Made by a program: the position numbers and the translations under genes. The notes below the pieces were generated by a model. The model did not search any database and had not been told where the DNA came from. It worked only from the letters and a program-made list of their open reading frames with translations. From Lingula anatina (Eukaryota > Animalia > Brachiopoda): DNA of 64,000 nt. Where the stretch lies: positions 4,650,001 to 4,714,000 of the forward strand of contig CM120642.1 in assembly GCA_051362555.1 (NCBI GenBank), written 5' to 3'. Below, piece by piece: positions 12,781 through 24,129 of the stretch (the stretch's first letter is position 1; each line of letters opens with the position of its first letter).

Positions 12781-15264
12781 TTTGAGGGAAGCAGGCAGAC
12801 GGTGAAAATAATGAAATGGGAATAAGCAAGCAAGCAAAAATAATGGGACCAACCTGCAAAAAAAGGAGCAGGGTAACACACCAAAGAGAACACCATATAT
12901 TAAAAAATGACTTTATTAGCAAAGTTCTGAGGAGTAAAGGATTTCAAATTTTGGCAGGCTGAGAAATATTTAAAGTTTGTATAAAATTGACTGCACATCT
13001 GTGGAATTCAAAATCGGTCACAATAAAACATGAAGGAAAAGGTAATATATTTTAAATGTTATTCCAATTAGGACAAGAATTGAAAGATTCGATTAATCTT
13101 ATACAATTAGAAAATATAGACAATTCCTGAGTATATACCGGTGCCATCTAAAAAAGTGCGGTTTAATGTTACTTCAGAATCTTTGTCTTTCTCATTTCTG
13201 TACAAATTTAAACATGAAGTATTCATATGAAGATATTTAACTATAAATTTATGTGTGGCAGACAATAAAAAAAACGCAAAAAAAAAAAATGGATCCAGAC
13301 TATAAATATTAAGAAAGGTCAGGAAAATTCTATCCTAGAGGACAAGTGAATTTGTTCCAAAGGATATACAAAATTTTGAAAAAAAATTCACAAAGCAAAA
13401 TTGTAAATGAAATTGAAGTTATTAATCTGGGCTGTTGCAAAATCTAATACATATTCTTTCAGCGGGTTAAAGCAATTAAAATATTTAATTCCCCTCTTTA
13501 CGAAACACTTGGCATAACCATTTTAAATATCTCAAGGTGCCATAAAAAAACCATCAATCCCAAAAACAATATTCATAGATCATTTTTAGCAAACCGACTA
13601 TGAAAGTGCTCAATATTTATCATATCTATATAATTTTACTCATAATCATTATTACTTCATATCTATCATTGCTTCATATCCAAATGAAAACCAACAGAAT
13701 TACAAAATTATTTATTCAGTTTTAATATAACAGATGCAAGAAGGGGAGTAAGGTTCCTGAATGTTAACCCAAGGCTAGGTGGTTTGCAGGCAAATGCTGT
13801 GCGGCATCTCTGAGCTTCTGAAATGAGAAAATATTGTTTACAGTTTTGACTAAACGGACAGGTTCTTGGAACAGGACTTCCTACACTGTCACAGAGGTGA
13901 GGGCACTTAAAATTGAAATGACGTGCATGTTTATTGACTTGTCAGAACTTCAGGTTCAGCTAGCTCAGAAAAACATATAAGGCTGAAATCGAGGTTGTTT
14001 GAGATGAAATAATTATACAACTATCTGAGAGATCTGGTTAAAAAGACACATTAAAATCAAAACCTTACTGTTGTCGCTAATATTTAAACTTAATATTGAA
14101 TGTTATAATATCTTTAACAGCTATGCATCACGCGTTGGGGGGCGGGGTAACTTGTCGCATTTCAGAGAAACGCCAAATAGATCTCATTTGCAAATTCTCT
14201 TTGAAGAATATATCAGATATTTTACACGTAATTTGTATGCAAGCACAATCAAGTTTCAGTTTAGTTGCTCGTGTAGTGTATGTATGAACAGCACTGGAAA
14301 AGACGGACAGTGTTAAATATTTACCTGTTTATCATGCATTGTATAATGAGCAATTGACATACTGATACATGTACGTCTATCGTGTGTATGTGCATGTGTG
14401 CAGTATTATATAAGGCATACATACCTTGCCAAACGGCCTTTGACAGCTTCTCATCCAAAGCAAAAGGAGAATGCCCAAGTCGACACAAGTTTCTTCTGGA
14501 AAAAAATATAGCTATATCAAGAAGTTTTGTTAAAACCCCTTGGTTATATGTAACCTTATGCCTGTGTAGTTATAATAATAAATATAATAATGATTATTTA
14601 CCTCTCAAAATCGCGCCACAAATTTGCTTCAGTTTTTGGTCTTATACAAAAACATATGCTTGATACTTAACGCCGCATGCGTATTTGCGACTTTAGTTCT
14701 AGTATTTAATGACGGTGTTACTAAAGTAATTAAAATAGGGCCTACTTACAAAACATGTATTAGCTTCTACGCCTTTATAAAAACCCGACCTTGCGACAGC
14801 ACCACACATGTCGTAGCGTCTTCACCTAACGGTGTCCAATTGCCAAGTGAGTACTCTGAAGACAGCTCTCACTAGGAGGAGTAACTTATTGTTATGCAAA
14901 TCACAACAGGTATGATTAGTTTTAGGCGAGAGGTTGTGGGCAAAACTGTTCATGAATGGTCACGGTCAGAACACGTGTACATGATTAAAGCCCACTCGTT
15001 GTTCGAATACAGGACTTTATCGTATAAAAGTTATACATGCGTCTTCCACTTACATATCCCCATGTCACACCACTTCCACAAAACTCAATATTAAGTGAAT
15101 GATAATGTTAATAATATATATTTCTTTTACCGTTAAATCGACGTTGCCGATAGAAACATAAAAGAGTCGATAAATCCGAGCACCATTGGATGAAAGTGCC
15201 TTCAGATAAAAAATTAAATAGGCCTACCGATAAATAGATCCATTCAAGTTAGGAATAAAGCCAC

Positions 15265-15267
<3 letters not shown>

Positions 15268-15328
<61 letters not shown>
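15268..15328. repeat. (TA)n microsatellite
   Basis: Directly visible. Confidence 0.95.
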
Positions 15329-15331
<3 letters not shown>

Positions 15332-15840
15332 ATAATGGTCTCGTTTTTAGTACAAAGGAATCAATAAGGCCCTTGCCATCCTACCTTACTAAATATCTGT
15401 TGGCAAGTGTAGGCCTATACGTGCATTTGGGTTAAGAGGTAATTGAACTTTTGGTGATGGCGTACATGTTCTTGTCCGTTCGTGGATTTAAAGGCATGTA
15501 ACGAGACGTGTCTACCGAGGTTTTTTTGTGTAGGGGTTACATACTTTAATCGTCAGAAGTCCACCGTAATTTTTTCGGAGAAAATTCATTTTTAAAATGT
15601 CTATAACTTAAGTTATTGGATTTTAATTGAAAGTCATAAAGTTATCACGTTTGTGTTAAGAGAATATATTGAAATGTTAAGTGTATGGACAGACATGTAA
15701 GGATTGCCGATAAACCCGATTGCTGTAGGCAGAATATACTGGAGTGGAGAAAAGACCACTCGTGATTTGTGATTGAAACGAGCTGGGGGCTAGCTAAGTC
15801 ATAAATTTCCTTCAGTTTTGGGTGCAAGCCGAATCATTTT

Positions 15841-15966
15841 ATTTCTTTATTGTGAACGTTAAGGATTATCTCTCAATTAGGCCTACTTATTTCTTTATTG
15901 TGAACATTCAAAATTATCTCACAATTATTTAATTCTTTATTGTGAACGTTCAGGATTACCTCACAG
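15841..15966 (+). repeat. Three tandem ~43-48-bp copies of the PEMT splice-acceptor region
   Basis: 'ttctttattgtgaac[g/a]tt[a/c]a..atta[t/c]ctc[t/a]ca' occurs three times; only the third copy ends in CAG. Confidence 0.75.
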
Positions 15967-15981
15967 TGTAGCTCCCGTGGT

Positions 15982-16587
15982 ATGGAAGTCCCAGAACTGA
16001 GGATCAACTTCGCAGACCCTAACTTGTGGGTTGCTGCTCTGTGTATTGTATTCAGTCCACTGTTTTGGAATGTGGTGGGCCGGTGGGAATACAGAACCCA
16101 CCAGCTCAGCAGGCTGTGCGGGTCCCCATACATTGGATGTTATGTCTTGACGGCTGCGATTTGTATACTAGGCATTTACAGGGATGGGAGGTTCAGCCTG
16201 GCTCTTCAAAGCCAGCCCAAGTCTCCCGAGTTGTCCAGTGACTGGGTTCTCTGGTCTGGATACGTCTCTGTATTCATTGGGGTCACGCTGGTCGTGACTA
16301 GTACCTACGCTCTGGGAATCACAGGGACATTTTTGGGAGATTATTTTGGCATTTTGCTTGATGAAAAGGTGACCAGTTTCCCATATAACATTATGGACAA
16401 CCCTATGTATTTTGGATCTGTTATGAACTTCTTTGGTGGAGCTCTTATACAAGCTAGTCATGCAGGCCTATTGCTCGCTCTCTGGAAAGCTGTGGTTTAC
16501 AAGATCGCTATCATGTTTGAAGCCCCATTTACTGAGGCTATTTACAGTGAAAAGGCGAAAGTAAAAAGTAACAGTCACAAAGACTAG
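15982..16587 (+). CDS. PEMT: Phosphatidylethanolamine N-methyltransferase (PEMT/Opi3 family), 201 aa, uninterrupted ORF
   Basis: Family motifs 'FSPLFWNVVGRWEY', 'ALGITGTFLGDYFGIL', 'VTSFPYNIMDNPMYFGS' and 'FEAPFTEAIY'; four hydrophobic segments. Confidence 0.95.
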   Translation: MEVPELRINFADPNLWVAALCIVFSPLFWNVVGRWEYRTHQLSRLCGSPYIGCYVLTAAICILGIYRDGRFSLALQSQPKSPELSSDWVLWSGYVSVFIGVTLVVTSTYALGITGTFLGDYFGILLDEKVTSFPYNIMDNPMYFGSVMNFFGGALIQASHAGLLLALWKAVVYKIAIMFEAPFTEAIYSEKAKVKSNSHKD

Positions 16588-18187
16588 GCGCTTCCTCCGC
16601 CACGAACCATGGTTTCCTAAAACCTTCAAATATTATCTCTGCAGATGGGCACGAGGTTTCTCTTTTTTTTAGGCCTATACATTGTTTTCCGTGACTCTTG
16701 GAATTAAACTGTACACCAAACCATCAGTTGATGAAAAACTCGAGAACTGAACTGAAATATGCATTTTTGCATAATCCATATAATTACCTGGTTTAATTTT
16801 ACCAGCTGTAGCACCTGCAGCAGAAGTACACAACACAGATTAGTTTCACAATGATTTAAAACTCGGACATCATTCTTTGGCCGCCGCCTTGTATTAAATT
16901 TAGTTTCTCAACAGAAGGTCCAGTAATATTGGCTACCGTCTTTAGTAAAAAAAAAAAAAAAAAACGGAGACAAGTTCCGAGCTTACAAAAAACTTCTCTC
17001 CATCATCAAGGTGGTGAGGATTTACCCCCTATAAGACATTTCACAGATAAGTTCCTAGATAAATAGACAGCCATTTTTCCCTATAGAATCTGCCACCCTG
17101 GTACAGGGTAGTGAAGTCTTAAGAGTAAACTGTACGCAGGCACTGGCAGTACTGGAGTTTGCACGACATACGTCTGAAGGGTGTAATACAAAACGTGGTC
17201 ATAAATTATTACAAACATCAAAGTGAAATTAGCAAGTCACAGGAAATAAAGAGAAGTTCGAGAAAGTACTGCATTTTTGGGTCAATTTTATGAAGTTTAA
17301 TTTTTTTTCTTTGAAAAATTTGTTTAAAGAAAGCATTTTACGCGGTAATTTCTACTGTTAATTTATAAAAACTAGCTGGAAATTCAGCCAATTTAACCTA
17401 CATTCAGTTACAGTACTTTCTATACCTTTTGTCCAACTGCATGTACACAATTTGCCGTCACCATAAACTGAGGCCGATCACTAATTTTTGTAAGACGTAT
17501 TTTGAAGTTAACCCCACGCCCGAATTTCACTCCGCGTAAAGTTCTGGTTGTCAGAAATTTCTTTCTGAAAGAATAGTTTACCGTCGTGTGTGTTGATAAT
17601 TCTTGTAATTTCTCTTCTACACACAACATACTATGTGAACCGAGTGACTACATATATTGGCTTTCTTCGTCTCAAATGCGCCCAAGAAGTAAAACACAGG
17701 TGCTTATTTACGCACCGATTTGGTGAGCTTTGCAGTATGCACCAAAATTGGCGGAATCGGGGCACAAATGAGCTCAACGTACTAGAATTTTACATGAGAG
17801 AAGTGTATCAAGACCTCGGGTCAGGTGCATTCTGGCTTTTTTTTTCACCAAGCTATATCGAGTCTGGCATACTGGTCTCGGGTGACATTGCATTATCTCA
17901 TACTTAAAGTGTTAAGTTTCATTGAAGGTTATCACACCAATCACGAATGCGCACTTGGTCATATCCAATACGGCGTTGTGGTTCCACAGAAAGACGAGGG
18001 GCAATATTTACACACAAAACATTTGCACTTGGTGTGGCGATGCCGCTTTTCACACGCCAAAATTCAGACACGAGAATGACCCCCACCCTTCCACCAATTC
18101 ACAGAGTTGTTTTATTCGTGACAGGGAAAAACATGCCTTTTATTAAGAACAGAAGGGATTAAGGTATTACGCGAAAACTTTGCCGTT

Positions 18188-21100
18188 TTTATTTTAATCA
18201 GACTTTATTGAACTGAAAATTAAAAATACAAACAAACAGGACAAGGTTTCTATAAAATAGATTTCGATCTCTATAAAAAAAGCTATAACGGAGATGCGGT
18301 TTGATTGAGGAAAAGCAATTGCTCTCAGAATTTACACGATATTTATTTTTTCTCATGTACTTAAGCACGCTACGTGTTAATCTTTTGATTACATATTATT
18401 AGCATCCATGCACTCGACAAATAACCAACTGATTTTTGTCCCAGAACTACATTGCTTTTCACAAAGTAAACAAACGGCACCTTGATAAAAAATCTATCAA
18501 CAAAACTTTCTTCTTTCATTATTCACATTGAAAGGTAAAAGTATCGTCTTTAATCTAAATGCAAAAATGTATCTGTATGAATGTCTGTTACAATCAAAAT
18601 ATGCATGTGATATAAGTGCTTTTTTTTTCAAAATATTTAAAAGAGAAAATCACAATAATATTAAACTTCAGGGTTGTGTATTCAAAATATTTCCCAGGGC
18701 CATGTATAACAGAAATTTCATTTAGTTATCAAAAGTATGCAAAAGTTCCAAGAAATCTCACATATACACAGGACACCGAGAAAAATGGTTTTACAAATCA
18801 TATACACGTCAAATTTTCAAAATATACAGTTGATAGTAAGAATGACAAAGACCGATTAATTCTCAGTTCCGCATGGCATATTTCTTTCTGAAACAAGAGG
18901 TGCTTCATCCCCACCCCAAAATGGGCTGCAAGAAAAAACAATAAGACACGCCATGTCCGTGGGTGCATTCGCACGCACGCACACACAGCAACATATATGT
19001 GAAGCATTTAATAGAATCCATAATATTGAATACAAAGACACTGTAGATACACACACCATATTTCCAATCATTTATCAATAATGAGCATTACATCATCTAT
19101 AAAAAGAGGAAACATTCCAATGTATTTACAAAGTTAGGCATGTATGCGCTCATTACCCTAGCTTGAAGTTTGCTGTAAGAAATTTACTGATCTAAGCATC
19201 ACCTTTAAACAAATGGCAATTCATAAAAATAATGATAATTCTGCATTCCCAATTCTTATGGCCTTACCTTTCTCTTATGGTTTCACTTCTGAGACCTAGT
19301 TTGCAAAATCATGCAACAGAGGCATCTACACGATCTCATAAAAATTCACAAAAGATGACCATGTGCATTTAGAACATAAATCCCAAACCACTATTTTCTT
19401 CTTTACAAACAGGTAAGTTGACTGGTGCAAAAGATACTGTTAATCATTTATTTCAGTGTTAAATGTTTTTAACTTTTTGTTTTCCGACCTTCCCCTCCCC
19501 TTTCAAGTAAAATTTAAGAGCAACAATATACGTTTTAGAAAAGTAATACATAACAACTGATTAACAGTATCATTGCAAGTAAGGACATCTTGTGCAAAAA
19601 TGTCATGCCGTGTCTTCAGAGTATTTCCAACTCTGCCTTGCTGCAGCACCTGAATATTAAGTACTAATGGGTCTTAAAAATAACAAAACATTTCATGGTA
19701 CATGAAAAATTGAGTAGAACACAGAATTGGAACCAAATAAACAATTTTAAGTGCACATTTCTCTTTCTGAATGTAACATATTATGTATATATAATGTACA
19801 GCAATAAGCAGAAATACATATGCACGCTAAATAATATATTTCAACCATAAAACCAGATTGCCGCATGTGTCCAGGATTTCGCCGCTGCCTCTATTTGCAT
19901 TAGATGCCTACAAAATTAAAAACCAAATTTTCCCTATTTTTTCAACAAGCAAAAAATAAACAATATGATCATATAATCAAACAATTCTTCATACCACAGC
20001 AACAGCATTTAGCATAAATTGGGAGAATATTTCTAAAAGGATGCAAATCCCAAATGTTGTGTAAAAATGCAATGTCAGATCAACTCTTAAATGTCCAATA
20101 TATTCATGAATCAGATATAAACAAAGACATATAATGAAACTTTTCTTTCTACATGTATGTGCACAAGTGTTAGTCTGATTTAGAGTGGCATAACCCGACA
20201 AGAGAATAATGCGATTAATCCATAATCAATTCAAATAGATGACCATTTTGCTTATGCATTTGGAACCCTTTGGATGAAAACTGCATCTGTAGCAATATTA
20301 ACTTTTTACAACAAATCTTATTCCTCCCACTCCATAAACAGTTCATATTATGATAAAAAACCAATGGTCTTCTAATTAATTAACCAATGTCAAAGCTGTC
20401 GATGAAAAACTTCACATGCTGAGACGGGGGGAAAATATAGTACATATGCATGTCATTCTGAAATGTGGTTAAGTGTAATATTTGTGAACGGTTTTATTTA
20501 CAAGAAAATGTTCTGATTTGAGGTTTTCATGCAAACCTCTTGTTGACTGCTGGGCAACGCTGTCATATTGGAAACTGGAGAACAACTCATTTAAACCTCT
20601 CTCTCTCTCTCATCCAAAATAATGGTTTTAAACAATGTCTCTATTTGTACAATGGAATGGTAAAACTATAACCAATTTCATATGGGTACAGAATGATAAA
20701 ATATTTATCTTCATCTCTTTATCTACAATATTCAAAACTACCATCAAGTTTGTCTCAAGTGCACAAAATTATCATATAATACAAAATACAACATCCTAGC
20801 TAGCTATCTCTGAGACTCACTTATTTAACTGTTTACATAAAAGAAACATAAAACACAAATAGTACCAGAAATACAACAATATCAATGTCAAATCGCATCA
20901 TCAACATCATCAGGTACATCATTATATGCAGCAATAATCATAATGACTCAATGCAAATGCATGAATATTTTTTTTCATTTTCAATACATGTATTTCAAAG
21001 TTCGCAGAGGAGAAATCATCTTCCGTAACACACCAGACCTAAAAAGAACAAGGAGAAAAAACCAACATGTCAAAGAGAGCAGAGTTGAAATCTCGTTAAT

Positions 21101-21759
21101 CATATTTATATCTTTATACTTACCCATTATATTGATTCTGAAACAGGCAAAGGCGCCCGGGCCTTGCTTCCTTCTTTTAAATAAAATTCATATTAATGCA
21201 AGGAATGTTTATAAAACATTTACATTCAAGTCACGACAGCACACCCTATGGGCAGTTTAATATCTCAAATAACAAGTATCAATTTAATCATGTTTGAGTT
21301 TAGTACATGTGAACAGAGAGAAGAACATGCTTGACAAAGATGGTGGGGAATCTGCTGCAGATTGGTGAATAGAGATGAGAGAGAGAAAACAGATACAATT
21401 GAATAGTTAAATAAAGAGATTATTCAGTTGTTAGTTAAATTACATTTAATGATCAACATAAAAGATTGAAAAATATTAAAGCATTTTTGGAAAAGATTAT
21501 TCAAATTAGTAATTAATTTCAGCTACATGAAAATATGGAAAGCTGTCAAAGATAATTTCAGATTTAGCACATATATACCGATTCCACCAAAATAAACCCC
21601 AATTTCAATATAAAATTGAATAAATTGTACAGTAACAATCAAAATCTACAGTGCTTCAAGTTACCAAGCAAATGAAAAATAAAAAACAAAGGGTGCATAG
21701 ATAACAAACAGCCTTGAAACATCATCAGCGACAACGCAGCTTCTGAAAAAAACTGTGGT
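18188..21759 (-). other. Probable long terminal 3'-UTR exon of FUBP
   Basis: Minus-strand acceptor 'tgtcttgtttttttcatcag' at 21760-61; U-rich transcript strand; AATAAA signals at ~18188 and ~18204; no coding potential. Confidence 0.4.
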
Positions 21760-22014
21760 CTGATGAAAAAAAACAAGACAGATGGAAATGCAGTAATCAA
21801 GAAAAATAAACTAGAGGATCAGAGAGGCGATACCGCCTCCGAATATTGTACCACCAGCTGGAACAAGCGCATTCGTATAGACCCCCACATACACAAAATA
21901 AGGGGTGCAGCCACCAGTCTTGTGCTTGACAAGCTGTAAAAATGCAATCAACAAGAATTTTCAAAATATGCAAAAAATATATATAACTAAAAATGGTGCA
22001 ATCAAAGTTAAGTT

Positions 22015-23590
22015 CATTGTAAGGTAGGTCAAAGGTCAATTTCAAGGTCACAGTAAATTGCCAGTATATGACTTCCTATCCAACTTCAATAGTAACTATG
22101 GACCTATCTCTGCCAGTTTTGGAGATAAAAGGGAAGCAAAATTTGCAAAGTTCAGTTCATGGTGAAAAGTAGGTCAAAGGTCAATTTCAAGGTCACAGTA
22201 AGATTGCCAGTATATGACTTCCTATTCAACTTCAATAGTAACTATGGACCTATCTCTGCCAGTTTTGGAGATAAAAGGGAAGCAAAATTTGCAAAGTTCA
22301 GTTCATGGTGAAAAGTAGGTCAAAGGTCAATTTCAAGGTCACATTTAGATTGCCAGTATATGACTTCCTATTCAACTTCAATAGTAACTATGGACCTATC
22401 TCTGCCAGTTTTGGAGATAAAAGGGAAGCAAAATTTGCAAAGTTCAGTTCATGGTGAAAAGAAGGTCAAAGGTCAATTTCAAGGTCACAGTAAAATTGCC
22501 AGTATATGACTTCCTATGCAAGTTCAATAGTAACTATGGACCTATCTCTGCCAGTTTTGGAGATAAAAGGGAAGCAAATTTTGCAAAGTTCAGTTCAAGG
22601 TGAAAAGTAGGTCAAAGGTCAATTTCAAGGTCACAGTAAAATTGCCAGTATATGACTTCCTATTCAAGTTCAATAGTAACTATGGACCTATCTCTGCCAG
22701 TTTTGGAGATAAAAGGGAAGCAAAATTTGCAAAGTTCAGTTCATGGTGATAAGTAGGTCAAAGGTCAATTTCAAGGTCACAGTAAGATTGCCAGTATATG
22801 ACTTCCTATTCAACTTCAATAGTAACTATGGACCTATCTCTGCCAGTTTTGGAGATAAAAGGGAAGCAAAATTTGCAAAGTTCAGTTCATGGTGAAAAGT
22901 AGGTCAAAGGTCAATTTCAAGGTCACATTTAGATTGCCAGTATATGACTTCCTATTCAACTTCAATAGTAACTATGGACCTATCTCTGCCAGTTTTGGAG
23001 ATAAAAGGGAAGCAAAATTTGCAAAGTTCAGTTCATGGTGAAAAGAAGGTCAAAGGTCAATTTCAAGGTCACAGTAAAATTGCCAGTATATGACTTCCTA
23101 TGCAAGTTCAATAGTAACTATGGACCTATCTCTGCCAGTTTTGGAGATAAAAGGGAAGCAAATTTTGCAAAGTTCAGTTCAAGGTGAAAAGTAGGTCAAA
23201 GGTCAATTTCAAGGTCACAGTAAAATTGCCAGTATATGACTTCCTATTCAAGTTCAATAGTAACTATGGACCTATCTCTGCCAGTTTTGGAGATAAAAGG
23301 GAAGCAAAATTTGCAAAGTTCAGTTCATGGTGATAAGTAGGTCAAAGGTCAATTTCAAGGTCACAGTAAGATTGCCAGTATATGACTTCCTATTCAACTT
23401 CAATAGTAACTATGGACCTATCTCTGCCAGTTTTGGAGATAAAAGGGAAGCAAAATTTGCAAAGTTCAGTTCATGGTGAAAAGTAGGTCAAAGGTCAATG
23501 TCAAGGTCACAGTAAGATTGCCAGTATATGACTTCCTATTCAACTTCAATAGTAACTATGGACCTATCTCTGCCAGTTTTGGAGATATAA
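22015..23590. repeat. 146-bp tandem satellite array (~10.8 copies) inside the HINE
   Basis: 'aggtcaaaggtcaa' recurs at about 22026, 22171, 22317, 22463, 22609, 22755, 22901, 23047, 23193, 23339 and 23485. Confidence 0.95.
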
Positions 23591-23837
23591 GGGACTAAAT
23601 GTTATAATTTTGGAGTTACCATAATGTGCCATAAATTTCCTACAGAAAAAATTAATTAAAATAAAGAAAAGGTCATTTTGGTCAAAGTTCTTGAAATGGG
23701 AGGTTCTCTGAAGTTGCAGAAGTTTAAATTTGATAAAATAATGTCATTTTTGACCACAAGTTGTCTGCTTTGCCAAGCATTATGTTTTATTTTTCCGGAG
23801 TTCAAAATTTATTATCCATTACCGTACTGCACATTTT

Positions 23838-24129
23838 TACGGAAGCCGACTGGTGCCATATGTTGAAAAAAAAAATTATCTCGAAATTTCGAGATAGCAT
23901 TTTTTTTGTTCAAATTTCAAAATACTATCTCGAAATTTCGAGATAAATTTTTTTGCTCAAATATCAAAATGCTATCTCGAAATTTCGAGATAATTTTTTT
24001 TTTGTTCAAATTTCAAAATGCTATCTCGAAATTTCGAGATAAAAATTTTTTTTGTTCAAATTTCAAAATAGTATCTCGAAATTTCGAGATAATTTTTTTT
24101 TCTACATATGGCACCAGTCGGCTTCCGTA
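23838..24129. mobile_element. MITE with TAC...GTA termini and 6-bp TSD (IS3EU-type), nested in the HINE
   Basis: 26-bp TIR TACGGAAGCCGACTGGTGCCATATGT / ACATATGGCACCAGTCGGCTTCCGTA; TSD CATTTT at 23832-37 and 24130-35; interior has five copies of the palindrome TATCTCGAAATTTCGAGATA spaced ~48-50 bp. Confidence 0.8.

Noticed and set aside
12435-12922. Repetitive Pro/Cys/His-rich ORFs
   Set aside because: Translations of the minisatellite.
16168-16461. Antisense and overlapping ORFs on PEMT
   Set aside because: Shadow frames of a GC-richer CDS with no independent evidence.
22015-23590. CRISPR array
   Set aside because: Monomers are 146-bp near-identical tandem units with no unique spacers; eukaryotic context and no cas genes.
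23877-24091. CRISPR-like palindromic repeats with spacers
   Set aside because: Spacers are near-identical to each other and the array lies inside TIRs with a TSD, so it is a MITE.
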